Shown here: piece after piece, positions 1-9,531 of the stretch
How positions within the stretch are numbered: the stretch's first letter is position 1
Layout of the letters: every line of letters begins with the position of its first letter
Assembly (NCBI GenBank): GCA_964603255.1
Contig: CAZRVA010000002.1
Coordinates: forward strand, 1,159-65,158
Source of the DNA: an uncultured Chitinophaga sp.
GTDB lineage: Bacteria > Bacteroidota > Bacteroidia > UKL13-3
DNA length: 64,000 nt
Direction: 5' to 3'
Notes under the pieces: generated by a model
What the model saw: only the letters and a program-made list of their open reading frames with translations
Told to the model about the DNA's origin: nothing
Database searches by the model: none
Made by a program: the position numbers and the translations under genes

Positions 1-89
1 ACAAAACAATTTACCTGACTATTGAGGTTAATTTTTGCCGAGGAGTAGTTTTTAAACTGCTGTAATTGGAGTGATTTGATAGCAAGCAT
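1..89 (-). CDS. recF: DNA replication/repair protein RecF, N-terminal fragment (gene runs off the window start)
   Basis: Manual reverse translation from the ATG (complement of 87-89) gives MLAIKSLQLQQFKNYSSAKINLNSQVNCFV. This matches the conserved RecF N-terminus (L.L.nFKNy ... INCFvG) just before the Walker A. It is absent from the ORF track because the window edge truncates it. Confidence 0.7.
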   Translation of the reverse strand, partial: MLAIKSLQLQQFKNYSSAKINLNSQVNCF

Positions 90-169
90 GCCGTGCGAAT
101 ATACTTTTGAAGGTTGGTTTTTGTCAAATTTTAAAATAATCCACTCATTATCAGTGCTTATATAAAGGC

Positions 170-199
170 TTTGCACAATGCCGAAATTTATTAGTTTTG
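170..199 (+). promoter_or_regulatory. Candidate Bacteroidota sigma-A promoter for pdhA (-33 TTTG, -7 TAGTTTTG)
   Basis: TTTG at 170-173 and TAGTTTTG at 192-199 (fits TAnnTTTG) with an 18-nt spacer, 18 nt upstream of the ATG at 217. This argues against the upstream ATG at 178 as the start. Confidence 0.4.
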
Positions 200-216
200 C
201 AGTTCTTCGAAACATT

Positions 217-1212
217 ATGGCAAAGACAAAATTTACGAAAGAAACTTACGAGAACTGGTACGAGCAAATGTTGCTTATGCGCAGGTTTGAGGAGAAATCA
301 GCTCAACTATACGGACAACAAAAAATAAAAGGCTTTTGCCATTTATATATCGGTCAGGAAGCTGTTGTTGCGGGTACTGTTAGTGCAACACGCAAAGACG
401 ACAGACACATTACTGCCTACCGCGATCATGCCCATCCACTAGCATTGGGTGTATCGGCACGTGAGGTAATGGCAGAATTATACGGAAAAGTAACTGGCTG
501 CAGCAAAGGAAAAGGCGGAAGTATGCACATTTTTAGCAAAGAGCACAATTTTTTTGGCGGGCATGGTATTGTGGGCGGACAAATTCCTTTAGGTGCAGGT
601 ATAGCTTTAGCTGATCAATACAGGGGTGGCGACCAAGTTACTGTTTGTAGTTTTGGTGATGGTGCCGCTCGTCAGGGTGCATTACACGAAACATTTAATA
701 TGGCAATGTTGTGGAAACTGCCAGTAATTTTTATTGTAGAAAATAATGGTTACGCCATGGGTACTTCGGTTGAACGTACTACCAACGTAACAGATATGAG
801 TATTATTGGTGCCGGATATGCCATGCCAAGTTTTGTAGTTGATGGAATGAAACCTGAAACTGTACACGAGGCTATTGCAGAAGCCGCAGACAGAGCGCGT
901 AAAGGCGAAGGACCAACTTACCTTGAAATTCGTACTTACCGTTATCGTGGCCACAGTATGAGCGACCCTGCAAAATACCGTACCAAAGAAGAGGTAGAAG
1001 AATACAAAAAGAAAGATCCGATTGAGGTGGTTAAAACAACCATGCTTAAAAACAAATTTGCAGACGAAAAATGGTTTGATGAAGTAGAAGCCAAAATTGA
1101 AGCCATTGTAGCTGATGCAGTAGAGTTTGCCGAAAACTCACCATGGCCTGAAGCAGAGGCTTTATGGGAAGATGTATACGTTCAATCAGATTATCCTTTT
1201 ATTAGAGAATAA
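217..1212 (+). CDS. pdhA: Pyruvate dehydrogenase (acetyl-transferring) E1 component, alpha subunit
   Basis: ORF 178-1212 translates to a TPP-dependent E1 alpha protein (YRDHAHPLA, GDGAARQGALHETFNMA, YRYRGHSMSDP). I prefer the start at M14 (ATG 217) because the promoter-like boxes lie between 178 and 217. Confidence 0.85.
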   Translation: MAKTKFTKETYENWYEQMLLMRRFEEKSAQLYGQQKIKGFCHLYIGQEAVVAGTVSATRKDDRHITAYRDHAHPLALGVSAREVMAELYGKVTGCSKGKGGSMHIFSKEHNFFGGHGIVGGQIPLGAGIALADQYRGGDQVTVCSFGDGAARQGALHETFNMAMLWKLPVIFIVENNGYAMGTSVERTTNVTDMSIIGAGYAMPSFVVDGMKPETVHEAIAEAADRARKGEGPTYLEIRTYRYRGHSMSDPAKYRTKEEVEEYKKKDPIEVVKTTMLKNKFADEKWFDEVEAKIEAIVADAVEFAENSPWPEAEALWEDVYVQSDYPFIRE

Positions 1213-1262
1213 TTTTTGTATACTTGAAACCTGAGTAATTTATTTACCCGATTAATTTTAAT

Positions 1263-1955
1263 ATGACAGACAAGAAGAACGATAATCTAGATTTAGATGC
1301 AGCCTTAGCAAACACTACGCACAAGGTTGAGGACTTTTACACTAAAAACAAAAAGAACATCAACACCGGTATTTTGGTGTTGGTAGTTGCAGTAGCCGGA
1401 TATTTTGGCTTAAAACAATTCTACTTCGAACCACGCGAACAAGAAGCACAAGTAGAAATTTTTAAAGCACAACAAATGTTTGATGTTGACTCGTTTAACA
1501 TGGCATTAAAAGGCAACGGTACGTTTAAAGGTTTTGCTGATATAGCAAGCGAATACAGCGGTACAAAAGCAGGTAATTTAGCACATTATTATGCTGGTAT
1601 TTGTATGTTACGTACAGGCGATTACGCTGGTGCTGTGGATATGTTAGAAGGCTTTAGCTCAGATAACGCATTGATTGGTCCATTAGCAGCAGGTTTATTA
1701 GGTGATGCTTATGTAGAGAGTGGTGATATTGAAAAAGGTGCAAAACAGTACTTAAAAGCTGCCCGCATGAGCAAGAACAAGTTAACCTCACCGGTATTCT
1801 TCAAAAAAGCAGGTATTGCATTTGAAGAGTTAAAAAACTACAGCGATGCAGTTGAAGCATACAATAGCATTAAAAACGATTACCCTGATGCACAGGAAGC
1901 AACTGATATTGATAAATACATTGCCAGAGCATCATCGTTAAAAGCAGAAAACTAA
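1263..1955 (+). CDS. Membrane-anchored tetratricopeptide-repeat protein (YfgM-like)
   Basis: 230 aa with an N-terminal TM helix (GILVLVVAVAGYFGL) followed by TPR-like helical repeats (AHYYAGICMLRTGDYAGAVDML, AVEAYNSIKNDYPD). Confidence 0.55.
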   Translation: MTDKKNDNLDLDAALANTTHKVEDFYTKNKKNINTGILVLVVAVAGYFGLKQFYFEPREQEAQVEIFKAQQMFDVDSFNMALKGNGTFKGFADIASEYSGTKAGNLAHYYAGICMLRTGDYAGAVDMLEGFSSDNALIGPLAAGLLGDAYVESGDIEKGAKQYLKAARMSKNKLTSPVFFKKAGIAFEELKNYSDAVEAYNSIKNDYPDAQEATDIDKYIARASSLKAEN

Positions 1956-1974
1956 TTGCTTAACATATTGAGAA

Positions 1975-2006
1975 GGCCGAATCACTGCGTGATTCGGCCT
2001 TTTTTT
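1975..2006 (+). terminator. Rho-independent terminator
   Basis: Perfect 11-bp stem GGCCGAATCAC (1975-1985) / GTGATTCGGCC (1989-1999) with a 3-nt loop, followed by a T7 run (2000-2006). Confidence 0.8.
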
Positions 2007-2061
2007 ATGCTCCATACGCTCACCCTTTGAGGTATGTTTTCAAAACCTTACCTTCGCGCAC

Positions 2062-2556
2062 ATGTCAACGCAACTAAAAAATTTATCGGTTACCAGCTTA
2101 GAGCCTAACAAACTTTTTAAAAAACTTACCATTGGTATTGTGGTGGCCGAATGGAATCCTGAAATAACCAACGCATTGTTAGCCGGAGCATACTCGCACC
2201 TAACGGCAATGGGTGTAAAAGAAAAACACATTCTTATTCATCATGTACCCGGTAGTTTTGAGTTGCCATTGGGCGCACAATTTTTAGCTGCTCAAAAACA
2301 CGTTGATGCAGTAATTACCCTTGGTTGTGTAATACAAGGCGAAACCCGCCATTTCGATTTTATTTGTGATGCTTGCGCAAACGGAGTAACCAATGTCGGA
2401 TTAAAATACAATAAACCAATTGTATTTGGTGTGCTTACCCCAAACAACCAACAGCAAGCCATTGACAGGGCCGGAGGGAAACACGGCAATAAAGGAATTG
2501 AAGCTGCCGATACGGCATTAAAAATGTTGCTATTAAAATACAACACCAACTCCTAA
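2062..2556 (+). CDS. ribH: 6,7-dimethyl-8-ribityllumazine synthase
   Basis: 164 aa with typical lumazine synthase blocks (IGIVVAEWNPEIT, VPGSFELPL, TLGCVIQGETRHFDF, PIVFGVLT). Confidence 0.9.
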   Translation: MSTQLKNLSVTSLEPNKLFKKLTIGIVVAEWNPEITNALLAGAYSHLTAMGVKEKHILIHHVPGSFELPLGAQFLAAQKHVDAVITLGCVIQGETRHFDFICDACANGVTNVGLKYNKPIVFGVLTPNNQQQAIDRAGGKHGNKGIEAADTALKMLLLKYNTNS

Positions 2557-2625
2557 ATCAAACAAAAACTTAACTTTACATCACCGGTTTAAGTACTACT
2601 TTTGTTGAATTGATAACAAGATAAC

Positions 2626-4092
2626 ATGCAATTGCTAAAACATATAACACTGTATTTATTGCTTGCCGTTTCGGTAATATCGTGTAAAAAAGATTTTGAA
2701 GGCGATAGACTGGACAAAGGCACTCCCGAAACTTTTATGGTTGTAGACAGTATTTATCGCAGTGGCGACAGTCGCTACACAACTACTGTTGAAGCACATT
2801 GGTGGGGAAGTGTAAAAACCGGATTCATTAAGGGTTTTGAGGTGAGTACAGACAACATGCAAACCTGGAAATTTACAGATAAGCAAAGTGGTACATTTTT
2901 GTTAAGCCTTCCTGCTGGTAGTGATACTGCCGATATAAGAATATTTGTAAGAGCGGTTGATAACAATGGTGTGGTTGATCCCACTCCGGCAGGTACAACT
3001 TACCCGGTTAGAAACACTACACCAAACGTAAGTTTTGATTTTAGTACAGGCCAAAAAACAGTTGCTTTTCCTGCATTTCGTTACAGCTGGATATTAACCG
3101 ATGTAGATGGTTTAGCGGATATTGCAGTTGTTGAAGTTGGATTAAATGATACTGTTAACAACACCTTACAACTACCACCAAGTGTTAGTGCAGCTACTTT
3201 TGTTGGCGAGCGTGTAAACGGTAGTTTTAACGGAAACTTTATATTGTACAATAACAACCAAACCAATCCGTTTAGCCAAAAACTTACCGGTGGTTTGCTA
3301 AACGATACCAACACCATTTACATACGCTGCAAAGACCGCACCGGTGCTCAATCTGCGTGGGTTAATGCAAAAGTATTTGTTCGTGAACCTAAAAATGGTT
3401 TGTTATTTATAAACGATTACATCAGCAACAAAAACAACATTACCAATTTTTACGGTGCGCGTATTAATAATTTAGGTAGCAACTACAGCAACTACGATGT
3501 AGTAAATTCTTTATTGGATGAGTTTCCGGCTGATGAATTTACAACCTCTAAAACATTCGACTTTTTTAACCGTATTGTATGGGTAACCGAAGACCCAACG
3601 CGCAGTTTAGGAACTGCACAAAATGCAACCTTGCCATTTTTTAATAACGGTGGTAAAATATTTATGGTATTAGAAATACCAAATGATGTGGCTTTAAATG
3701 CACCATTCTTTAGCTTTACACCCATAGAAAGATTAGTTGATAATCCGGGTCGTTCGTTCCGCATGGCATCAGGCGATTTGGTAACTGGGTATAGCAACTG
3801 GCCTACATTAAAAGCAACGGGTATTGTTACTTATCCGCGTCCGTTTTATACCTACACTTCATCATCTGGTTTATATACTTATGATAGTTTGGCAAGTGCG
3901 CAATTACGTTCATTTGGGCCAGGCGGTGCGCCTGCATGGACAGGGCCAAACAATGTAATGGCAAAGCGTATCAATACACAACGTAACAAAACCGATTTTG
4001 TAACTTTAACTGTTCCGCTGCATCTGCTAAATGGTAACAATAATGTAGATTCATTCTTCCAAAAAGTAGTGATTTCTGAACTGGAGTTTTAA
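2626..4092 (+). CDS. Hypothetical lipoprotein
   Basis: 488 aa with a lipoprotein signal peptide and lipobox (LLLAVSVISC|KKD). A TACTTTTG -7-like box lies at 2597-2604. I recognise no family. Confidence 0.5.
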   Translation: MQLLKHITLYLLLAVSVISCKKDFEGDRLDKGTPETFMVVDSIYRSGDSRYTTTVEAHWWGSVKTGFIKGFEVSTDNMQTWKFTDKQSGTFLLSLPAGSDTADIRIFVRAVDNNGVVDPTPAGTTYPVRNTTPNVSFDFSTGQKTVAFPAFRYSWILTDVDGLADIAVVEVGLNDTVNNTLQLPPSVSAATFVGERVNGSFNGNFILYNNNQTNPFSQKLTGGLLNDTNTIYIRCKDRTGAQSAWVNAKVFVREPKNGLLFINDYISNKNNITNFYGARINNLGSNYSNYDVVNSLLDEFPADEFTTSKTFDFFNRIVWVTEDPTRSLGTAQNATLPFFNNGGKIFMVLEIPNDVALNAPFFSFTPIERLVDNPGRSFRMASGDLVTGYSNWPTLKATGIVTYPRPFYTYTSSSGLYTYDSLASAQLRSFGPGGAPAWTGPNNVMAKRINTQRNKTDFVTLTVPLHLLNGNNNVDSFFQKVVISELEF

Positions 4093-4104
4093 TTATTTAT
4101 AGGT

Positions 4105-4674
4105 TTGAAAAACATAGTAATTTTTGCTTCAGGTAGTGGCACAAACGCACAAAATATTTGTGAGCAATTTGCCAATCATCCCAACATAAAAGTAGCTGCA
4201 TTATTTTGCAACAACCCCGATGCGAAAGTGATAGAGCGTATGAAACCGTTTAATGTTCCGGTACATGTTTTTAACCGTGCTACTTTTAAAAACGAAGCAG
4301 AATTTAACGCATTGCTCAACCCATATAACCCAAGTTTAATTGTATTGGCCGGTTTTTTATGGTTGATACCTGAGTATTTGGTTAAACAATACCCGAATAA
4401 AATCATCAATATTCATCCTGCATTGCTGCCTAAATACGGAGGAAAAGGCATGTACGGACATCATGTACATGAAGCAGTATTGGCCGCAAAAGAAACTGAA
4501 CATGGCATTACCATTCATTTTGTAAACGAAAAATATGATGATGGTGCCATTATTTTTCAGGCCAAGTTTGATGTTAAACCAACCTTTACGTTAAACGATA
4601 TTCAAGCCTACATTTCTGCATTGGAAATGCGCCATTTTCCTGAAGCCATTAGGCGCGTTTTGGGCGAATACTAA
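4105..4674 (+). CDS. purN: Phosphoribosylglycinamide formyltransferase
   Basis: 189 aa with a TTG start. Motifs: IVIFASGSGTNAQ, LAGFLWLIP and NIHPALLPKYGG (formyl transferase motif). Confidence 0.85.
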   Translation: MKNIVIFASGSGTNAQNICEQFANHPNIKVAALFCNNPDAKVIERMKPFNVPVHVFNRATFKNEAEFNALLNPYNPSLIVLAGFLWLIPEYLVKQYPNKIINIHPALLPKYGGKGMYGHHVHEAVLAAKETEHGITIHFVNEKYDDGAIIFQAKFDVKPTFTLNDIQAYISALEMRHFPEAIRRVLGEY

Positions 4675-4736
4675 ACTTTAAATCGTATTTTTTTATTGAG
4701 GCGATACTTGCTTCAATTAGCTATATTCGCACCTTT

Positions 4737-6149
4737 ATGCGAAAAAGAAAATTTATACCTTACAACATCGAGCAATTAGAAATAACCAATGCCGGTAGCG
4801 AAGGAAAAAGTATTGCACGCCACAACGATAAAGTAATTATGGTTGATTATGCCGTGCCCGGTGATGTGGTTGATGTTAGGGTAAACAGCAATAAAAAAAC
4901 ATTTAGCTTTGCCACCATACAAAATATTGTAAAACCAAGTGCAGATAGAATTGATACCTTTTGCCAGCATTTTGGTTTATGCGGTGGTTGCAAATGGCAA
5001 CAAATGAGTTACCCGGCACAGTTGCGTTTTAAAAAGCAACAAGTACTTGATGCTTTTGAACGAATTGGTAAGTTTCCTTTCCCTGAATTAAAACCCGTAA
5101 TAGGTAGTGAAAACACTACTTATTACCGAAACAAATGTGAGTTTAGTTTTATTGATAGAAAGTGGGTTACCAGTATGGATGAGTTGGAAGCCATGAGTGA
5201 AGATGAACGCAAAGGACTTGGCTACCACATACCCGGAAGGTTTGATAAAATTTTTGACGTAGAACATTGTTACTTGCAACATCCGTTGGCTAATGAAATT
5301 AGAAATGCCGTTCGCGATTTTGGTAAACAAAATAGCTACGAATTTTTTAATCCGTATAATCAAGAAGGTTTTTTACGCAACATTATTTTGCGTAATACTA
5401 TTGCAGGTGAGTGGATGGTGATTCTTTGCTTTAAAAAAGAGGACCAAGAAAAACGTGAAGCGATACTGAATCACATTAAAGAAAAGTTTCCGCAAATTGC
5501 TTCGTTGTTATACATCATCAACCCAAAAATGAATGATACCATTTATGATTTGGAAGTAAATGTGTTTAGTGGCGAAGATCATTTGATTGAAATGTTGGAA
5601 GACCTTAAATTTAAAATTGGTCCTAAATCATTTTTTCAAACCAATACCTTGCAAACACAAGCTTTGTATGGCAAAACACGTGAATTAGCAGGATTAACCG
5701 GAAACGAAAATGTGTATGATTTGTACACCGGTGTAGGTTCTATTGCATTATTTGTTTCTAAACTGGCCAAACAAGTTGTAGGTATTGAAAACGTAGAAGC
5801 GGCTATTGAAGATGCTAAAATAAACGCAGCTTTGAATAACATTACCAATACACACTTTTATGCAGGTGATATGAAAGATGTGTTGAATGATGAGTTGATT
5901 GCAAAACATGGTAAACCAGATGTTATTATTACCGATCCGCCACGTGCGGGTATGCACCCGGATGTAATAGCTAAAATATTGGAAGTTGCTGCACCAAAAA
6001 TTGTATACGTAAGCTGTAACCCTGCAACACAAGCACGCGATATTGCCATGATGCAGGATAAATACGAAGTAACCTACGTGCAACCGGTTGATATGTTTCC
6101 ACACACACACCACGTAGAAAATATTGCATTGTTAGCACTTAAAAATTAA
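4737..6149 (+). CDS. rlmD: 23S rRNA (uracil-C5)-methyltransferase, RlmD/RumA family
   Basis: 470 aa with an N-terminal TRAM-like region, Fe-S cysteine cluster CQHFGLCGGCKWQ, SAM fold DLYTGVGSIAL and catalytic region YVSCNPATQARD. Confidence 0.8.
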   Translation: MRKRKFIPYNIEQLEITNAGSEGKSIARHNDKVIMVDYAVPGDVVDVRVNSNKKTFSFATIQNIVKPSADRIDTFCQHFGLCGGCKWQQMSYPAQLRFKKQQVLDAFERIGKFPFPELKPVIGSENTTYYRNKCEFSFIDRKWVTSMDELEAMSEDERKGLGYHIPGRFDKIFDVEHCYLQHPLANEIRNAVRDFGKQNSYEFFNPYNQEGFLRNIILRNTIAGEWMVILCFKKEDQEKREAILNHIKEKFPQIASLLYIINPKMNDTIYDLEVNVFSGEDHLIEMLEDLKFKIGPKSFFQTNTLQTQALYGKTRELAGLTGNENVYDLYTGVGSIALFVSKLAKQVVGIENVEAAIEDAKINAALNNITNTHFYAGDMKDVLNDELIAKHGKPDVIITDPPRAGMHPDVIAKILEVAAPKIVYVSCNPATQARDIAMMQDKYEVTYVQPVDMFPHTHHVENIALLALKN

Positions 6150-6155
6150 GGCAGA

Positions 6156-6515
6156 ATGGATAACGAAATGACAGTAAACTTAGAGTTGTTAAAGGATGAT
6201 TTGGCTTTTTACAACGATATGCTGAAAGAAGTTTCGGCTGATATTTTACGCGAAGGATTTAGCAAGTATCCTATTTTTATTGCGCACCAAGAGCCCGTTA
6301 AAATTGGCGATATGATTATTGATGCTACCGAGTTTACACGCTCGTTTAACATCAGTGCTACCGTGCTTGAAGATTTATTAGAGAAAAACATTGTTACCAA
6401 AGATCGTGAAGAAAGTTTTAAAGCCGCTTTTAAAGATGCCGCTAAATTTATGTGCGTATTATTGGTAACCGATAAAGGTGCAAGTTTTGTATTTGTACCT
6501 TTTAAAAATAAATAG
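6156..6515 (+). CDS. Hypothetical protein
   Basis: 119-aa ORF tightly packed between rlmD and the GT2 gene. No recognisable motif. Confidence 0.4.
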   Translation: MDNEMTVNLELLKDDLAFYNDMLKEVSADILREGFSKYPIFIAHQEPVKIGDMIIDATEFTRSFNISATVLEDLLEKNIVTKDREESFKAAFKDAAKFMCVLLVTDKGASFVFVPFKNK

Positions 6516-6520
6516 TTGAT

Positions 6521-7561
6521 ATGCAACAACCCAAAGTAGCCGTAGTTATCATACACTGGAATCGCAGAAATTTGCTGGAACAGTTTTTACCTTTTTTGGT
6601 AAAGTCTACATACAGCAATCTGGAAATTGTTGTTGCAGATAACAACTCAGATGATGATTCTATTGCGTTTGTAAAAGCAAATTACCCGAACATCACCATT
6701 GTAAAAAATGACGACAACTACGGTTACGCAGGTGGCTACAACCATGCATTAAAACATATTACTGCCGATTATTTTGTGTTGTTGAATAATGACATTGAAG
6801 TTACCCCAAATTGGATTGAACCGGTAATTGAAGCCATGGAAAATGATAAAACCATTGCTGCTGCTCAACCCAAAATGTTGGATTATAACAACCGCCAAAA
6901 ATTTGAATATGCCGGTGCAGGTGGTGGTTACATAGATGTATTTGGTTATGCATTTTGCAGGGGCCGAATATTTGAAGTGTTAGAGGAAGATAAAGGACAA
7001 TATAATGATATCCACTCAGCTTTTTGGGCAACGGGCGCATGTATGTTTGTGCGTGCAGAGGTGTTTAAAAAACTGCATGGTTTTGACGAACACTTTTTTG
7101 CCCACATGGAAGAAATTGATTTGTGTTGGCGCATGCAACTTGCAGGGCATACTTTAGTTACCGTTCCTCAATCGGCTGTTTACCACGTTGGTGGTGGAAC
7201 ATTGAATAAACAAAGTCCGCAAAAAACATACTTAAACTTTAGAAACAACTTAATTATGCTTACCAAAAATTTACCGGTAAGCACCTTGCTGTGGTTAATC
7301 CCGGTGCGTTCTTTCTTAGATTTATTAAGTTCTATATTTTTTATGATGAATGGTTTACCAAAGTATAGTTTGGCCATTCATAAAGCGCACTCCGATTACT
7401 TTTTTAAGTTTAGTAAATGGTGGAAACTGCGTAAAATCAACCAAAATTTCAAACCATTTAGTCAGTTACATGGCATTTACAGGGGCAGTATAGTTGCTGA
7501 TCATTTTATTAAAAAGGTGAAGTACTTTACAGAGTTAAATCCCAACAAGTTTAATGCTTAA
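6521..7561 (+). CDS. Glycosyltransferase family 2
   Basis: 346 aa with a GT-A fold N-terminus (VAVVIIHWNRRNLL, VVADNNSDDDS, LLNNDIEV) and a DxD-like EEIDLCWR. Confidence 0.75.
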   Translation: MQQPKVAVVIIHWNRRNLLEQFLPFLVKSTYSNLEIVVADNNSDDDSIAFVKANYPNITIVKNDDNYGYAGGYNHALKHITADYFVLLNNDIEVTPNWIEPVIEAMENDKTIAAAQPKMLDYNNRQKFEYAGAGGGYIDVFGYAFCRGRIFEVLEEDKGQYNDIHSAFWATGACMFVRAEVFKKLHGFDEHFFAHMEEIDLCWRMQLAGHTLVTVPQSAVYHVGGGTLNKQSPQKTYLNFRNNLIMLTKNLPVSTLLWLIPVRSFLDLLSSIFFMMNGLPKYSLAIHKAHSDYFFKFSKWWKLRKINQNFKPFSQLHGIYRGSIVADHFIKKVKYFTELNPNKFNA

Positions 7562-7771
7562 CCTAGGTTTTATTGACGACTTGAAGTTGCCACAGCAGCC
7601 TAAAAATCAGCAAACAATAAAATTATTTTGCTTATTCAATTTTATTTTTACCTTGCAGTCGGAAATTCTTCCATTGCTCTAACACATTCCATAAAAAGCT
7701 TTTAGGTGTATTAACGGAAACAGTGCAAGGCAAAGCAATCAAACAAGATCTTATTAATTTAATTTTTTTTG

Positions 7772-9436
7772 ATGTACAGTAAAGCTACGTTATCCGATAT
7801 GTTAATTTCGGAATTACGCGAGGTGGCTCATTCGTTAAACATTCCGGATGTTAACGATTTGGGCAAACAAGAATTAATTAACGCTGTTATTCAGCAAGAG
7901 CAATTGCTTGAACAAATAAAGATGAACGAAAATACAAATACCCCCGGTGCTGATGATGCACCAAAAAAACGCAGAGGTCGCCCTAAAAAAGGAGAAGACA
8001 AAGTAGTAAGTGAAGAGCGCATGATGGATACCTCATCAGAAAGCTTATTAGATGATATTGATTTTACACCTGCTCCGGTAGCTGAAACAAAACAAGAAGA
8101 GGAACAACAACAACCTCAACCTGTTTTAGAAACACAACAAGCACCGCAAAATAGTGTTGAAGAAACACCGGTAACAACCGAGGTTGAAAACAATACCAAC
8201 AGTAATAACAATCAGCAAAACAACCCAAACAACGGTAATAATAACTGGAAAGAAAAACGCAACAACGAGCGTAACGAACGCAACGAGCGCATACAACAAC
8301 AACAAGCTTTATTGCAAGAGCTTGAAGGCATAGTAAGCAGCGAAGGTGTTTTAGAAACCATGCTTGATGGTTACGGTTTTTTACGTTCGAGTGATTACAA
8401 CTATCAACCATCTCCGGATGATATTTATGTATCTCCATCGCAAATAAAATTATTGGGCTTAAAAACAGGTGATACCGTAAGAGGTACCATACGCCCGCCA
8501 AAAGAAGGCGAAAAATATTTTGCTTTAATTAAAGTAGAATCGGTGAACGGACGCAGCGCTGCTGAAATTAGAGACCGTGTTGCGTTTGAACATTTAACGC
8601 CACTTTTCCCTGACGAGAAATTAAATTTATCAAAAAACGCATCGTCATACTCAACCCGTATTATAGATTTAATAGCACCTATTGGTAAAGGTCAACGTGG
8701 TTTAATTGTGGCTCAACCTAAAACAGGTAAAACCATTTTATTAAAAGACATTGCCAATGCCATTGCTAAAAATCACCCTGAGGTTTATTTAATTATTTTA
8801 TTGATTGATGAACGTCCGGAAGAGGTTACTGATATGCAACGTAGCGTGCGTGCAGAGGTAGTTGCAAGTACATTTGATGAACCTGCAGAGAAACACGTTA
8901 AGCTTGCAAACATTGTTTTAGAAAAAGCGAAACGCATGACCGAGTGCGGACATGATGTAGTAATTTTATTAGACTCGATTACACGTATGGCACGTGCGTT
9001 TAATACGGTTCAACCTGCATCGGGTAAAATATTATCAGGTGGTGTTGATGCCAATGCTTTACACAAACCAAAACGCTTTTTTGGTGCGGCACGTAAAATT
9101 GAAAATGGCGGTTCGTTAACCATTATTGCTACTGCTTTAACAGAAACAGGAAGTAAAATGGATGAGGTAATTTTTGAAGAGTTTAAAGGTACCGGTAACA
9201 TGGAACTTCAACTGGATAGAAGATTGGCCAACAAACGTATTTATCCTGCAATTGATATTGTGGCAAGTAGTACCAGACGCGAGGACTTATTGATGGATAA
9301 AGCAACCTTACAACGCGTATGGGTATTGCGTAACCACATTGCCGACATGAACGCAGAAGAGGCTATGGATGTATTGTTGAAGAACATGAAAAATACCAAT
9401 AGCAACGAAGAATTCCTGGCATCAATGAATGGATAA
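7772..9436 (+). CDS. rho: Transcription termination factor Rho with a large N-terminal insertion domain
   Basis: Rho_N helix bundle ([18 protein letters not shown]), then about 130 aa of low-complexity insertion, then the CSD-like RNA-binding domain (GYGFLRS) and ATPase core ([21 protein letters not shown]). ATG at 7772; the ORF track starts at TTG 7769. Confidence 0.9.
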   Translation: MYSKATLSDMLISELREVAHSLNIPDVNDLGKQELINAVIQQEQLLEQIKMNENTNTPGADDAPKKRRGRPKKGEDKVVSEERMMDTSSESLLDDIDFTPAPVAETKQEEEQQQPQPVLETQQAPQNSVEETPVTTEVENNTNSNNNQQNNPNNGNNNWKEKRNNERNERNERIQQQQALLQELEGIVSSEGVLETMLDGYGFLRSSDYNYQPSPDDIYVSPSQIKLLGLKTGDTVRGTIRPPKEGEKYFALIKVESVNGRSAAEIRDRVAFEHLTPLFPDEKLNLSKNASSYSTRIIDLIAPIGKGQRGLIVAQPKTGKTILLKDIANAIAKNHPEVYLIILLIDERPEEVTDMQRSVRAEVVASTFDEPAEKHVKLANIVLEKAKRMTECGHDVVILLDSITRMARAFNTVQPASGKILSGGVDANALHKPKRFFGAARKIENGGSLTIIATALTETGSKMDEVIFEEFKGTGNMELQLDRRLANKRIYPAIDIVASSTRREDLLMDKATLQRVWVLRNHIADMNAEEAMDVLLKNMKNTNSNEEFLASMNG

Positions 9437-9476
9437 CTTTTAATTATTGATTATTAAACAAAAAATGAGTTTTTGA

Positions 9477-9507
9477 TAATGGTGCAAGGGTTAACTTTGC
9501 ACCATTA
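9477..9507. promoter_or_regulatory. 11-bp perfect inverted repeat overlapping the putative peroxiredoxin promoter
   Basis: TAATGGTGCAA (9477-9487) - N9 - TTGCACCATTA (9497-9507). A perfect TAnnTTTG box (TAACTTTG, 9492-9499) sits inside it and a TTTG lies at 9472-9475. No T-run follows, so it is not a canonical terminator. Confidence 0.4.
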
Positions 9508-9531
9508 CATTAAAATAACAACTTAAATAAT

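Noticed and set aside
178-216. Longest-ORF 5' extensions: 178 (pdhA), 13004 (TPR), 17304 (ftsK), 17298 (membrane protein), 31249, 33252, 43906 (murC), 61260 and 61296 (comM), and 63223.
   Set aside because: The extensions encode non-conserved, often hydrophobic or odd sequence. They overlap neighbouring genes or promoter-like boxes, or start at TTG/GTG. In each case an internal ATG immediately precedes a signal peptide or the conserved N-terminus, so the shorter starts were adopted.
1956-2061. FMN riboswitch upstream of ribH, and B12 riboswitch upstream of the mutase gene (17976-18010).
   Set aside because: The ribH spacer is about 105 nt and mostly taken up by the upstream terminator and a promoter-like TTTG/TACCTTCG pair. 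The mutase spacer is only 35 nt. Neither can hold a riboswitch aptamer of 130-200 nt.
9437-9470. TTAATTATTGATTATTAA just after rho as a Fur/PerR-type box for the peroxiredoxin gene.
   Set aside because: It is AT-rich and made of direct ATTATT repeats, not a true 7-1-7 palindrome, and it lies upstream of the -33 position. The resemblance to Fur/PerR boxes is too loose to call.
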